A stretch of DNA of 64,000 nt, taken from assembly GCA_963826115.1 (NCBI GenBank), contig CAWGVS010000001.1:1-64000 (forward strand). Reading direction: 5' to 3'. A model generated the notes under the pieces. The model made no database searches. It was not told the DNA's origin and was given only the letters and a program-made list of their open reading frames with translations. This stretch comes from an uncultured Candidatus Rokubacteria bacterium. GTDB taxonomy: Bacteria; Methylomirabilota; Methylomirabilia; Rokubacteriales; DASRDR01. Shown one piece after another: positions 47,669 through 57,559 of this stretch; the first letter of the stretch is position 1, and each line of letters starts with the position of its first letter. The translations under genes were made by a program, and so were the position numbers.

Positions 47669-48853
47669 TCAGGCCACCGAGGCGAGTGCCGGGAGCCCGT
47701 CGACGCGCGGTGCGCGGCCGAGGGAGCGGATCAGGTCCTCCTCGCGCCCCATCAGCTTGCTCAGCTGGTGGTGGAGCGTCCGGGCCCGGTCGAGGTCCCA
47801 GTCGAACGAGGCGACCTCGTCCGAGAGGTCGAGGAACTCGGCCGCGAACGGGTCGCGCGCGGCCTGGTAGGCCCGGAGCGCCTCGTCCGTTCCGGCCACG
47901 ACGGCGCGGGCCAGCAGCTCCGCGTCGCGCAGGGCATCGGACATGCCGTGCGCCGTGATCGGGTCCTTGAAGCACCCCGCGTCGCCGACCAGCGCCCAGC
48001 CGGGGCCCCACGCCTGCCGGATGAACCCGGCCCGGCCGGGGAACGGGTGGAGCTTCCCGTCGCGCTCGGCGACGGCCACCCGCGCGGCGAGGGCCGCGTC
48101 CGTCTCGGCGAGCGCCTGGCCGTAGAGCGCGTCGAGCCCGAGGGCGCGCTGGGCCTCGTAGCGCTCGGGCCGCATCGCCACGAACACGTTGGCGCGGCCG
48201 TCGTTGGTCGGAATCGCGCCCGCGCCCAGGTCCTTCCGGAAGTACCAGTGCGTGCCGTCGAGCTCGAGCCCCCGCCAGTAGCCGTAGATCACGATACCGA
48301 GGTGCCGGCCGGCCCGCAGGACGGGCGCGCCCACCGCGCGCGCGACGCCGGACCGCGCGCCGTCCGCCCCGATCACGATGCGCGCGTCCACGCGGCGCGT
48401 CGCGCCTTCGGGATCCGTGACGTCGATCCCGCGTACCCGCCCGGCGGCATCGCGCACGACGTCGCCCGCGCTCGCGCCGTGGACGACCCGGGCACCCGCC
48501 TCGGCGGCGGCGTCCGCCAGCACGGCGTCGAGGAGGGTCCGCCGCGGCGCGTAGAGCGCCTCGAGCCCATCCCGCGGCTGGAAGGGCACCGGGACCGCGT
48601 CCTCCGCGTAGTGGAACGTCGTCCGGCGGATGGGCGGCGTCCCCGCGGCGACGATGCGCTCGAGGACGCCCCAGCGCTCGAGCTGCATGAGGCCGGGGCG
48701 CATCAGGGCGTGGGTCGACGTCGTGTCGCTCCCGCGAGCGCTCCGCTCGACGACCAGGACCGACAGGCCCGCGCGGGCCAGGAGGAGCGCCGTGCTCGCG
48801 CCGGCCACGCGCGCGCCGACGACGACCGCGTCGTATCGCGGCTCGAGAGTCAT
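47669..48853 (-). CDS. NAD(P)/FAD-dependent oxidoreductase (geranylgeranyl reductase-like)
   Basis: VVGARVAGA, IGADG, GWALVGDAG..KDPITAHGMSDA. Confidence 0.85.
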   Translation of the reverse strand: MTLEPRYDAVVVGARVAGASTALLLARAGLSVLVVERSARGSDTTSTHALMRPGLMQLERWGVLERIVAAGTPPIRRTTFHYAEDAVPVPFQPRDGLEALYAPRRTLLDAVLADAAAEAGARVVHGASAGDVVRDAAGRVRGIDVTDPEGATRRVDARIVIGADGARSGVARAVGAPVLRAGRHLGIVIYGYWRGLELDGTHWYFRKDLGAGAIPTNDGRANVFVAMRPERYEAQRALGLDALYGQALAETDAALAARVAVAERDGKLHPFPGRAGFIRQAWGPGWALVGDAGCFKDPITAHGMSDALRDAELLARAVVAGTDEALRAYQAARDPFAAEFLDLSDEVASFDWDLDRARTLHHQLSKLMGREEDLIRSLGRAPRVDGLPALASVA

Positions 48854-48864
48854 GATCGTTCTCC

Positions 48865-50112
48865 TCAGGCCGCCGTCCGGCGGCGGCGCGCCAGCCGGCG
48901 CTCGATGTCGTCCGCCAGGTCGGCGGCGTCCGCGCCGACGCCATCCAGGAAGCTCGAGTTGCGGCGGCGCATGAAGTAGAGCCCGAGCGCGTAGAGGCCC
49001 GGCTCCGGCGTGATGCCGCCGTCGTGCCGCAGCTCCCCGTCGCCATCCAGCACGGGCACGCGAAGCCACGGGTACTCGCGGCGGTAGCCGGTCGCCCAGA
49101 GCACGGTCCGGATGCCGGCCGTTCCCAGGTCGATCGCCGAGGGTGTCTCGGGCACCGGCACGCGCGGGGGCCGGCCGCTCTCCGGGAGGACCCCTCCGAG
49201 TCCCCGCGCCTCGATGAACCGGTCCACGCGGTCGAGGAGGTGGTGCATCTTCGTCTCGGCGTGCTCGACCGACGCGCCGAGGTCGCTCGCGAGCGACACC
49301 CGCCGCTCCGCGATGCCGACCACCCGGCCCACGACGCGCACGCCCTCCGCCTGGAGGACGCCGAGATCGAGGGCGTGATGGCCGTCGTCGCCGATGAGCT
49401 GGAGCGAGGGCTCCTCGCGCGAGGCCGCGATGTCCCAGACCTCGTCGGCCGACTCGGAGAGCACCCCCATCGCATCCAGCCACGCCATGATGTCGAGGCC
49501 CCGGTACTGCCGGGGCAGCCGGGTATGGCCGCCGACGGCCAGCGTCACCGGCCGGCCGGACCGCGCGATCTCCGACGCGAGCTGGATGCCCGTCGAGGAC
49601 GCGCCGACGACGAGCACCCCGCCCGCAGGGAGCGCGCCGGGATTGCGGTAGCCGGTCGGCACGACCTGGACGACGTCGGGCGTGAGCGAAGCGGCGACCG
49701 GCGGAATGTTCGCGACGTCGCAGTGCCCGGTGGCGATCACGACGGAGGCCGCATGCCACGCGCCGGCCGTGGTGTCCACCCGGAATCCCGGCCGCGCCCG
49801 CTCGACGGCGGTGACCGCGACGCCGGTGTGCACGGGCGCGGAGAACGAGCGCGCGTACGCCTCCAGGTAGTCGGTGACCTCGGTCCGCGCCATGAAGCCG
49901 TCCGGCTCGGGGCCGCGGTAGGCCCACCCCGGGAGCCGGCCCTGCCAGCGCGGCGTCAGGAGGTGGAGGGAGTCCCACCGCTCGCTGCGCCAGCGCTCGG
50001 CGACGCGCCCGCGCTCGAGGACCACGTGCTCGATGCCCCGGACCCCGAGGTGCCAGCTCATCGCCAGCCCGGCCTGTCCGCCGCCGATGATCACCACGTC
50101 CGTCTGCTTCAT
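48865..50112 (-). CDS. Flavin-containing monooxygenase family (CzcO/TrkA-like) flavoprotein
   Basis: GGGQAG, RWDSLHLLTP, ATG, VLVVGASSTG, WATGY. Confidence 0.85.
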   Translation of the reverse strand: MKQTDVVIIGGGQAGLAMSWHLGVRGIEHVVLERGRVAERWRSERWDSLHLLTPRWQGRLPGWAYRGPEPDGFMARTEVTDYLEAYARSFSAPVHTGVAVTAVERARPGFRVDTTAGAWHAASVVIATGHCDVANIPPVAASLTPDVVQVVPTGYRNPGALPAGGVLVVGASSTGIQLASEIARSGRPVTLAVGGHTRLPRQYRGLDIMAWLDAMGVLSESADEVWDIAASREEPSLQLIGDDGHHALDLGVLQAEGVRVVGRVVGIAERRVSLASDLGASVEHAETKMHHLLDRVDRFIEARGLGGVLPESGRPPRVPVPETPSAIDLGTAGIRTVLWATGYRREYPWLRVPVLDGDGELRHDGGITPEPGLYALGLYFMRRRNSSFLDGVGADAADLADDIERRLARRRRTAA

Positions 50113-50174
50113 CGCCAGATCTCCGCGCGCGGCGGTCCGGCCGGCCGATGCCGGCCGGACGCCGCAGTGGGAGC

Positions 50175-50756
50175 TCAGCCCGCGTTCACCGACACGGTGA
50201 CCGGGACGCCCTTGGTGAGCACGTCGTACACGGCGGAGCGCTTCCGGGACTGGTCGACGATCTTCTCGAGCACGGCGGGCGGCGCGTCGCCCTTGATCGT
50301 GAAGGACACCCGCAGCTGCTCGTAGCCGTTCCGCACCTCGTCGGACAGCCCGAGGATCCCGCGGAGGTCGATGTCGCCCTCGATGCGGGACTCCACCTCG
50401 TGGAGCGTCACGCCGCGCGCGGCCGCGATGTTGCCGATGCCGGCGGTGAGGCAGGCCGCGAGGGCGTGCAGCAGGAACTCGACCGGCGTCGGCGCCTGGT
50501 CGCGGCCGACCAGCACCTTCGGGTGGTCCGCGTCGTGGACGAACTCCTTCACGTGCATCTGCTCCGCGCCGGCGCCGCTGAACGACTGGATGCGGGTCCG
50601 GCTGTGGGTCCCCGACTGCCACTGGTTCGTGGCGCGGAACTGGAACTTCGCCAGCTCCGGCTGGGCGCCGACCGCCTCGATCGTCGTCAGGAGGGTCGGG
50701 GTGTCGATGCCGTTGCGGGGCGCGGGCTTCGGCTTCTGGGTCGTCGCGGTGGTCAT
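50175..50756 (-). CDS. OsmC family protein
   Basis: NGIDT, FQFRATNQW, PTPVEFLLHALAAC, GDIDLRGILG; GGAGGAG RBS. Confidence 0.88.
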   Translation of the reverse strand: MTTATTQKPKPAPRNGIDTPTLLTTIEAVGAQPELAKFQFRATNQWQSGTHSRTRIQSFSGAGAEQMHVKEFVHDADHPKVLVGRDQAPTPVEFLLHALAACLTAGIGNIAAARGVTLHEVESRIEGDIDLRGILGLSDEVRNGYEQLRVSFTIKGDAPPAVLEKIVDQSRKRSAVYDVLTKGVPVTVSVNAG

Positions 50757-50802
50757 TGGTCTGTCTCCTCCGGTCGTTGGGGTTTGGGGTGGTGTCGCGG
50801 AA

Positions 50803-50994
50803 CTAGCCGCCGGGGCGGTGGGCGGTGGCCAGGGGTCGGGCCGGCACGCCCGGGCGCGAGGGCCGACGGGCGCCGACGGTCGGGGCCGGCTGGCGCGCCT
50901 CGCCCACGTGGTCGGCGACCCACGAGATGGCGCCGATCAGGAACAGGGCGACGTACCCGAGGGTCCGATCGGTGATCCTGGCCACGGTCTCCAT
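50803..50994 (-). CDS. 63-aa small protein with one hydrophobic segment
   Basis: Strong RBS AAGGAGGAG before ATG; first ORF after a sigma54 promoter. Confidence 0.5.
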   Translation of the reverse strand: METVARITDRTLGYVALFLIGAISWVADHVGEARQPAPTVGARRPSRPGVPARPLATAHRPGG

Positions 50995-51050
50995 CGCTCT
51001 CCTCCTTGTCCCGGCGCCCTCTGTGGCTCCGGGCAACTGTCCGAGGTAAG

Positions 51051-51157
51051 GGCAACGGACGTGCCGAGTCAGTGACGCGTTAGAAATCAATTAGTTGCGT
51101 GGTTCGACAGGGCTCGGGCGCTGTCGAACGGCCGCCGAATTCGACAGTCTTCGACGG
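51051..51157 (-). promoter_or_regulatory. Sigma54 promoter with IHF site and palindromic UAS
   Basis: CGGCACGTCCGTTGC (51052-51066, minus); AATCAATTAGTTG IHF consensus (51085-51097); TTCGACAG/CTGTCGAA half-sites at 51103, 51121 and 51140. Confidence 0.75.
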
Positions 51158-51319
51158 TGGGACTGGGTGTGGGTGGACGGAGGAGTGGGTGTGATCCCCG
51201 CCACCACGGACCGCGCCGGGTAGCGGCGCTCTCTCGCCCTACCTACGGCTCAGCGGCGTCCTTCGAGGTGGGGGTTGCCGTCCGCCTCCGATGGCCGGGC
51301 GGACGACGCGGCGTGGGGC

Positions 51320-52439
51320 CTAGTGCGCGGCTCGCCGGTGGGCGCCGAGGACGTCCATCCCGAAGTCGCCGACGGGGTCCCGCCACACGCTGTGCACGTG
51401 GTTGGCGCTCCGGGTGGTGTTGTCGTACTCGACGAGGAGTCGGTGCCCCTGGATGCGGTAGTAGTGCGGGCGGCGTGGGTCGAGACTGCCCGCCCACGCG
51501 AGGTGGAGGGCGTCGAGCGACGGCCCCGTCACCTTGGCCATCTCGCGCTCCGCGATCGCGTCCGGGAGCCGGCCGACATAGGTGCCGAGCAGCGCCGTCA
51601 GGAGCTCGCGCTGGGGCGCGGTCATCGCCGACGCGGGGAGCCCCTTCGGCGCCGTCGTGAAGCGGAGCGCGTCCACGTGCGCGGCGGTCAGGCCGACCTT
51701 GGTCTCCTCGGTGTCCTGGAACCGCTCGAGGTTGTCGAGGAGCTCGCCGGTCCACTCGTTGCGCCAGACGCGCGCCAGGCGAAGCGGCCCGTCGCCCTCG
51801 GCGAGCCGGGTCCGATTCGCCCCGACCAGGTCGATCGGGGGCACCGGCGAGAGCACCGCCCGGTCGCGCTGGACGTCCGACAGGGAGCGCAGGAGCTCGA
51901 ACGCCAGGTCGGTGCACGCGGCGAGCGGCCGGAGGAGCTCGCGGCCCGAGGAGCGGGGACACCGCGGGATCGGCGCCCAGGAAGCACGGCGTATGAGCGC
52001 GCAGCTCGCCGTCCACGATCGTGTGGTGCACCGAGACGTGGTGGCCCCCGAAGCGCCAGGACCACGCGGGCGCGCCGGGCGCGCCGAAGATCCGGAGGTA
52101 GTAGCGCCCCGGATCGCGGCCGCGCGCGTGGCCGAACGAGGCGCGCCAGCCCTCGAGCTCGTCGAGGACGTTCTCGAGCCCCATGATCGTCGAGGCCGTC
52201 ACGTAGCCGGCCCGGCTCAGCCCCGTCGCCAGAAGCCGCATGGCGAGCTGCTGCTGGGCCGGACGCATGGCGCCGAGCGTGAGTCCGCCGTGGTCGGTCG
52301 GCGTGTAGAACCAGCGGAGCCGCTCCTCGTCCGACGGAAACGGCCAGCACGCCGCCGGCCGCTGATCGTCCGACAGGGAGTCGACCAGCCGCCCGGCGGA
52401 CTCGGCCATCCGGGCGGCGAGGTCCCGTGGATCGCTCAC
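51320..52439 (-). pseudogene. DUF3500 family protein split by a one-base frameshift near 51940
   Basis: WFYTP..HGGL, WSWRFGGHHVS, TPCFLGADP in one frame; HYYRIQG..LLVEYDNT...NHVHSVWRD...DFG in another. Confidence 0.8.
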
Positions 52440-53608
52440 CGGCCCGGTCCTCGCAGGCCGAAGATCAGCTCGGGATCCCCGGGCGCCCAGGTGCCGTCCA
52501 CCTGCGAGCGGCGCCCGATCCGGCGCGTCCGCTCGAGCAGCTGGGCCCCGAGCGCGACCTGCTCGGCCTCCCACCGGGCGAGCGCCGACGGCACGTCACG
52601 GTCGCGCCCGAGCGCCGCCGCGAGGGCCCACGCGTCCGCGGCAGCCTTCGCGGTGCCCGCCGCGGCGTGCGGCCTGACGACGAACGCGGCGTCGCCCAGG
52701 AGACAGACGCGGCCGAAGGCCATGCGGGGCACCTCGATGTCGTAGATCACCTGGAGGAACGGCCGGTCGACGCTCTCGACGACCCGGGCGAGCGGCGCCG
52801 GCAGCCGGGCCCGCGCCACCGCGCGCATCTCCGCCACGTGCCGGGCGCGCACCCCGCCCGGCGGCACCGAGAGATCCCGTCGCTGGCCGGCGTCGTCCGT
52901 CAGGACGTCGTCGAGATCGCCGCCCTCGAGGTAGTTCCGATACCAGACGAAGTTCACCAGCCGCTCACCCGGCGCGACCGAGCCGTCGGGTCCCGGGATC
53001 GGGTACGCCAGGACGTGGCTGTTGGCGTAGACGTGATACGTGATGGCGTCGGCCAGGGCCGCGCGCGTCTCGGGGTCGAGGCTCGTCTCCGGCACCATGC
53101 CGCGCCACGCCACGTATCCCGCGTAGGCGGGCCGCACGGCAGGCAGGAGACGCGCCCGGGCGGTCGAGCCGACGCCGTCGGCGCACACCAGGAGGTCGAC
53201 CCGCGTGTCCGGCCGGCCGGCCAGGTGGACCGTCACGCCGCCGTCCCCCTCGGTCCACCCCGTCATCTCGTGGCCGAGGTGATAGCGCGACGGCGCGTAC
53301 CGCGCCTTGAGCTCCCGATACACCGTGTTCCACGAGCTGAACCGGTAGACGTGCGGCGCGTCGTGGATGCGCGCACCGCGACGGTCCAGGTAGCGGATGT
53401 GGGACGTGGCCACGCTGATGCGATCGAGGGGGACGCACGCCCGCTCGACGAGGTAGCGGGCGCTCTCCGGCAGGAACGCGATGCCCGCGCCGCGCTCCGC
53501 GAGCTCCGCGGGCGACCGCTCGTAGACATCGACCTCGACGCCCAGCTCGTGCAGCAGCAGCGCGGCGTGAAGCCCGCCGAGCGACCCCCCGACGACGGCG
53601 GCCCGCAT
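52436..53608 (-). CDS. FAD-dependent monooxygenase (2,6-dihydroxypyridine 3-hydroxylase-like)
   Basis: GGSLGG, DGVGS, YAGYVAWRG, GDAAFVVRPHAAAGTAKA. Confidence 0.85.
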   Translation of the reverse strand: MRAAVVGGSLGGLHAALLLHELGVEVDVYERSPAELAERGAGIAFLPESARYLVERACVPLDRISVATSHIRYLDRRGARIHDAPHVYRFSSWNTVYRELKARYAPSRYHLGHEMTGWTEGDGGVTVHLAGRPDTRVDLLVCADGVGSTARARLLPAVRPAYAGYVAWRGMVPETSLDPETRAALADAITYHVYANSHVLAYPIPGPDGSVAPGERLVNFVWYRNYLEGGDLDDVLTDDAGQRRDLSVPPGGVRARHVAEMRAVARARLPAPLARVVESVDRPFLQVIYDIEVPRMAFGRVCLLGDAAFVVRPHAAAGTAKAAADAWALAAALGRDRDVPSALARWEAEQVALGAQLLERTRRIGRRSQVDGTWAPGDPELIFGLRGPGR

Positions 53609-53620
53609 GTGGCCGGGCGG

Positions 53621-54142
53621 TCAGGGCTTGCCGAACGTCGCCACCTTGTCCACCGCGCACTCGAAGAGCACCCGGCGCTCGTTCCGGGAGGGGTCCCGCA
53701 GCCCGTACGGCGGGGGCTGCTTCGTGTACTTGGTCCAGATCTTGTCGACCTGCGCGGTGACGCGCGCCCCCTCGCGCGGGTCGTCCTCGGACACCTCGCG
53801 CCGGACCGTGCACTTGATGCTGACCCAGTGATAGGGGTTCGCCGGGTTCATCAGGAGGACGGTCAGCCGGGGATTGGCCCGGATCCACTGGACCTTCTTC
53901 CGGTGCGAGGCGATGTTCACGAGCACGGTCGACCCGGAGTAGTCGAACCACATGGGGGTCAGGTTCGGGCGCCCGTCCGTCCCCTGCACCGCGAACACCG
54001 CGGTTACCGGCTCGTCGAGCAGCCGCTTGTAGATCGGATCGAGCTCGTCGAGCGACGTGATCCGGTCGTGCGATCCGACCGAGAACTGGTTCGCCTGGAG
54101 CCCGTTCGCCACGTCGAGGAACCGCGCCACCTGGATCGCCAT
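53621..54142 (-). CDS. Pyridoxamine 5'-phosphate oxidase-like (PPOX/F420 split-barrel) protein
   Basis: DGRPNLTPMWF, RKK..IRANPRLTVL..NPY; GGAGGA RBS. Confidence 0.8.
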   Translation of the reverse strand: MAIQVARFLDVANGLQANQFSVGSHDRITSLDELDPIYKRLLDEPVTAVFAVQGTDGRPNLTPMWFDYSGSTVLVNIASHRKKVQWIRANPRLTVLLMNPANPYHWVSIKCTVRREVSEDDPREGARVTAQVDKIWTKYTKQPPPYGLRDPSRNERRVLFECAVDKVATFGKP

Positions 54143-54432
54143 GCGATTGTCCTCCGATGGGATCGTGAGACCCGGCCCGTCAGGGGCCCGCCGGCGTGGG
54201 CCGCCGCTTCCGCCGCGAGTCTCCCGACGATAGCACGACGCCGGAGACGCCGACCACCCTCGCGGCCCACCGCCGCGGGCGCGGCCGTCGACCGCGAGAT
54301 CCGGTGCCGGCCCAGCTTCGACGATATTGGGCGCGCCGAGCCTCAGCGGGTTATGCCGTCGCCGTACCGCAAACCACGCCTTCGCATCACGCGCGGACAG
54401 CGTGAGCTCCAGTCCTCGGTGCCGATCGTAGA

Positions 54433-54831
54433 TTGCTTGTCGCCCCACTTCGCCTGCGCGTACGGACCGTCGAAGCGGTTCTCGTACAGGTCCGGCCCAT
54501 CCAGGCGGAGGTCGCCCGCCACGCCGATCCGCATCTCAGCCGCGCCGTCTACGAGTGGCGTGACGCGTATGGCCTGGCTCTTCGGTCGAGGGACTGGGAG
54601 GCGATGGCGGCCGTCGGCGACGCCGCCGTGCGGGTCAGCGTCCTGATGGACGGGCCAGCGGGTCAGGCCACCGGCTTCCGGGCGGAGGCGCGGCGGGCCT
54701 ACATCCACGCGCTGCTCCGGGCTCGGCGCGAGCGATCGCGGGAAGGCGTCAACCGGATCGCCGACGGGTTCGCCACGCTGGGGGACGCCGAAATGGCCGC
54801 GCACGCCCGCACCCTCGGAACGACGCAGTGA
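54433..54831 (+). CDS. Hypothetical helical protein, 5' end uncertain
   Basis: Amphipathic helical coding-like stretch (WRDAYGLAL..WEAMAAVGDAA..ARRAYIHAL). Confidence 0.4.
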   Translation: MLVAPLRLRVRTVEAVLVQVRPIQAEVARHADPHLSRAVYEWRDAYGLALRSRDWEAMAAVGDAAVRVSVLMDGPAGQATGFRAEARRAYIHALLRARRERSREGVNRIADGFATLGDAEMAAHARTLGTTQ

Positions 54832-54888
54832 TTCGCCCGCCCGCGCGGCGACCGCCGGCGGCCGCGGGGCGCGGGTGGCGCGGGTGCC

Positions 54889-55524
54889 TCAGCGGCCGGG
54901 AGCCGGCACCACGGCGGAGGTCGGTCCCGGACGGCCGGTCCAGTCCGCGAGCAGCCTGCGAATGACCAGCTGGATCAGGGCGAAGCCGAACTTCGGGTCC
55001 TGGTAGTAGAGCTGCACGACCTTGTCCTCCGTGAGGACGAGCGCCACGACGTCCGTCTCGCAGATCGCGCTGGCCGTTCGCTCGTGAGCCGGCGCGAAGA
55101 GGCCGATCTCGCCGATGATGGCGCCTGCCTCCTGGACGAGGACGTCGATCTCCGGCAGCCGGACCGACCCCCGGGCCAGGAGATAGAGGCAGGTTGCCCG
55201 GTCCCCCCGCCGGAAGAGAACCTGGCCCGCCTTGAAGGCGCGCCTCGTCAGGAAGGGAACCATGGGCTCGAAGGAAAACCCCCCGGCGGCGGCGTGCTTG
55301 ATGTCCCTGATCAGATGACGGAGCTCCTGCAGGCGCTTGACGTTGAGGGGCAGCAGGACCAGGTGGAGGACGAGCACCGGGTAAATTTCACCGAGAAATC
55401 CGTACGTGATGAACGCGACGTTGCTCGCGATGGCGCAGACCCGTAGAGGCAGCATGGTCTTCATGTAGAACGTGGAGAGCACGAGAATCGACGCGACATA
55501 GCCGACCACTTCGAGCCAGCTCAT
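54889..55524 (-). CDS. Membrane protein with cyclic nucleotide-binding domain
   Basis: N-terminal TM helices (MKTMLPLR); GEIGLF...RTASA cNMP motif; GGAGG RBS. Confidence 0.85.
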   Translation of the reverse strand: MSWLEVVGYVASILVLSTFYMKTMLPLRVCAIASNVAFITYGFLGEIYPVLVLHLVLLPLNVKRLQELRHLIRDIKHAAAGGFSFEPMVPFLTRRAFKAGQVLFRRGDRATCLYLLARGSVRLPEIDVLVQEAGAIIGEIGLFAPAHERTASAICETDVVALVLTEDKVVQLYYQDPKFGFALIQLVIRRLLADWTGRPGPTSAVVPAPGR

Positions 55525-55607
55525 GGGTTTGCCTCCCGTCGAGCGGGCCTTCCATGTGTACGGCGCGACACGTTGTCGCGAGCCCGCCCGCCTGCCCGAT
55601 CTGCCGG

Positions 55608-55623
55608 AGCAAGTCGGATGCCC
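55608..55623 (-). promoter_or_regulatory. Possible sigma54 promoter of the cNMP-domain gene
   Basis: GGGCATCCGACTTGCT (GG-N10-GC); palindrome CGCGACA-CGT-TGTCGCG at 55564-55580. Confidence 0.45.
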
Positions 55624-55941
55624 GGCTCGGTCACGGCATGTGTCTGATTCGAAAGACTGGCCACTTTGCGCGCGTGGACTCCGGGCGCCTCACCACCACC
55701 ACACCACCACCGTCGGGATCCAGACCGGCGGCCGGGCTCCGGCGCCGCGTCCCGGACACCTCGCCCTCGTCGCCGGCACGCCGTCAGGTCTGCGACACGT
55801 GAGGAGCGGCGGTCCAAGGGGTGCTCGCCGGCCGTCGCGGGACCCCGGGCAGGGCGGCGGACGCCACGGCGCCGCGACGGGGACGTCGCCGAGCGACCGG
55901 CCCCGGGGTACGATACCCGCGCGGAACGCGATGGAGGCGCC

Positions 55942-56232
55942 ATGACCCGGATCGAATTCGAAGCGGACTGTCGTCGGGACGGCTACGAGGTGGGCGAGGG
56001 CGAGATCCAAGCGCACGTGCGCCGGCAGCCACACTCGCACGACTTCGACGCGCGCCTGTTCGTCGTGGACGGCGCCCTCACCCTCGTCCGCGGCGAGGAT
56101 CGCGTCACGTACGGACCGGGCGAGGTGTGCGCCGTTCCCGCCGGCACCGTGCACGCGGAGCACACGGAGGCGGACGGCGCGCGCCTCGTCTACGGGCGCC
56201 GCGCCGGCGCCCCCGCGCATCCGCCGCGCTGA
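55942..56232 (+). CDS. Small cupin domain protein
   Basis: PHSHDFD, VPAGTVHAE; GGAGG RBS. Confidence 0.85.
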   Translation: MTRIEFEADCRRDGYEVGEGEIQAHVRRQPHSHDFDARLFVVDGALTLVRGEDRVTYGPGEVCAVPAGTVHAEHTEADGARLVYGRRAGAPAHPPR

Positions 56233-56299
56233 CAGGATCGCGCCGCCGAGCCTACGGTCCCTTCGTCCCGCGGGCAGGAGCGCCGCGCGATCCGACTCG

Positions 56300-56490
56300 G
56301 ATTCCGTGCTCGTACGCGGCCAGAACGGCGGACGCCGCCGGGTCCCACGAGAGCTCGTGGGCCTTGCGGCGAGCCTGCTCGCCCATCCGACGCCACCCGG
56401 CTCCGATCGCGCCGGCCGGAGGAGCGCCTCGGCGAGCCGGTCGGGATCTCAGACCGGCATCAGGCCATTCTCGCCGTCCGTCACGACCTG
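56300..56490 (-). pseudogene. Degraded 3' remnant of a GT4 glycosyltransferase
   Basis: VVTDGENGL..(stop)DPDRLAEALL, then in another frame RRMGEQARRKAHELSWD..AVLAAYE. Confidence 0.6.
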
Positions 56491-56507
56491 ACCGCCGCCC
56501 GGCCACG

Positions 56508-57302
56508 TCACTCCGGCGGCCAGGCCCTCGCCGCCGGGCCGGCGCGGGCGCGGGCGCGACCGAGGCGACGCAGCCGTAGGCCGGCGATCTGCCCGAGCGT
56601 CGGCCATTCGAAGTACGCCGGCGCGATGCCTCCATTGTGCGGGCAGGGTGCCGGATACCGCTTCTCGGCTTCGACGACCCGCGTGAGCCACGCCAACAAG
56701 CGTCCGCCTTCGCGCTTCTTCTCCACGAGGGCGTCATGCAGCGATCGACCGGTCAGCCGCACGACGCCCTGCGCGAGCACCGCGCCAGCGTCGACCTTGG
56801 GCTCCATCACGTGGATCGTGGCGCAGCCCCACTCCTCGCCGCAGTACATCTCCCAGAACGTCCCGAAGACGCCGCGGTAGCGCGGCAGGCGGCCGTTGTG
56901 CACGTTGATGGCTCCGAACGCCGCCGTGGCCAGGACCGGCGGCTTGAAGATCTCCGGCGAGCCCACCGATACCAGGAGATCCGGCCGGCTGGCGCGAAGC
57001 TCCGCCAGGCCGTCACCTTCGTTCAACGTCGACACGCGCTGGAACTGCCCGGCGCCCGGAAAGACACGGCTCGGCTGGGTCGACAGCGTCGCCCGGAGAC
57101 GTCGCCCGCCGGTCCAGGCCCGCGCCGAGGTGATGGGACCAAAGAGCAGCAGGGCCTCGAGGATCCGCCGCGCGACTCCGGGCTGCCGCCGAGAGGCGAT
57201 GAAGAAGACCGTGGCGGGCGCGGGCCCGCCGGCCGCATGATAGGCGCGCCAGAAGACGGCGGCCAGGGGATCATCGGCCGTCGTGGCGATCACGACTCGC
57301 AT
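56508..57302 (-). CDS. Formyltransferase family protein
   Basis: PDLLVS, INVHNGRLPRYRG, TIHVMEPKVDAG. Confidence 0.82.
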   Translation of the reverse strand: MRVVIATTADDPLAAVFWRAYHAAGGPAPATVFFIASRRQPGVARRILEALLLFGPITSARAWTGGRRLRATLSTQPSRVFPGAGQFQRVSTLNEGDGLAELRASRPDLLVSVGSPEIFKPPVLATAAFGAINVHNGRLPRYRGVFGTFWEMYCGEEWGCATIHVMEPKVDAGAVLAQGVVRLTGRSLHDALVEKKREGGRLLAWLTRVVEAEKRYPAPCPHNGGIAPAYFEWPTLGQIAGLRLRRLGRARARAGPAARAWPPE

Positions 57303-57559
57303 GTCGCGCGTCACCCTCCGCCGCGCGCGCCGGAGAGCCCGCGTCCGGCGCCATGCTGGACCGAATGCCGGAACGGCGCGCGCGTCTGGAGCGCGGCCGG
57401 CGGGGTCAGTCGAGGCGCCGCGCCGGCGTGCTGGACGCGACGCCCGTCCGCCGCGGGGGACCATGTCAGCATGGTGTCGAGCAGGAAACGATGCGAGGGT
57501 CGTCGCGTCAAGACCCCAGCCGAACATCCGAGAAGCTGCTTGGTCAAGATGGAGGGCTC

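Noticed and set aside
55690-55711. CAC/CCA microrepeat (poly-His or poly-Trp/Val ORFs)
   Set aside because: Short intergenic low-complexity tract with no supported ORF.
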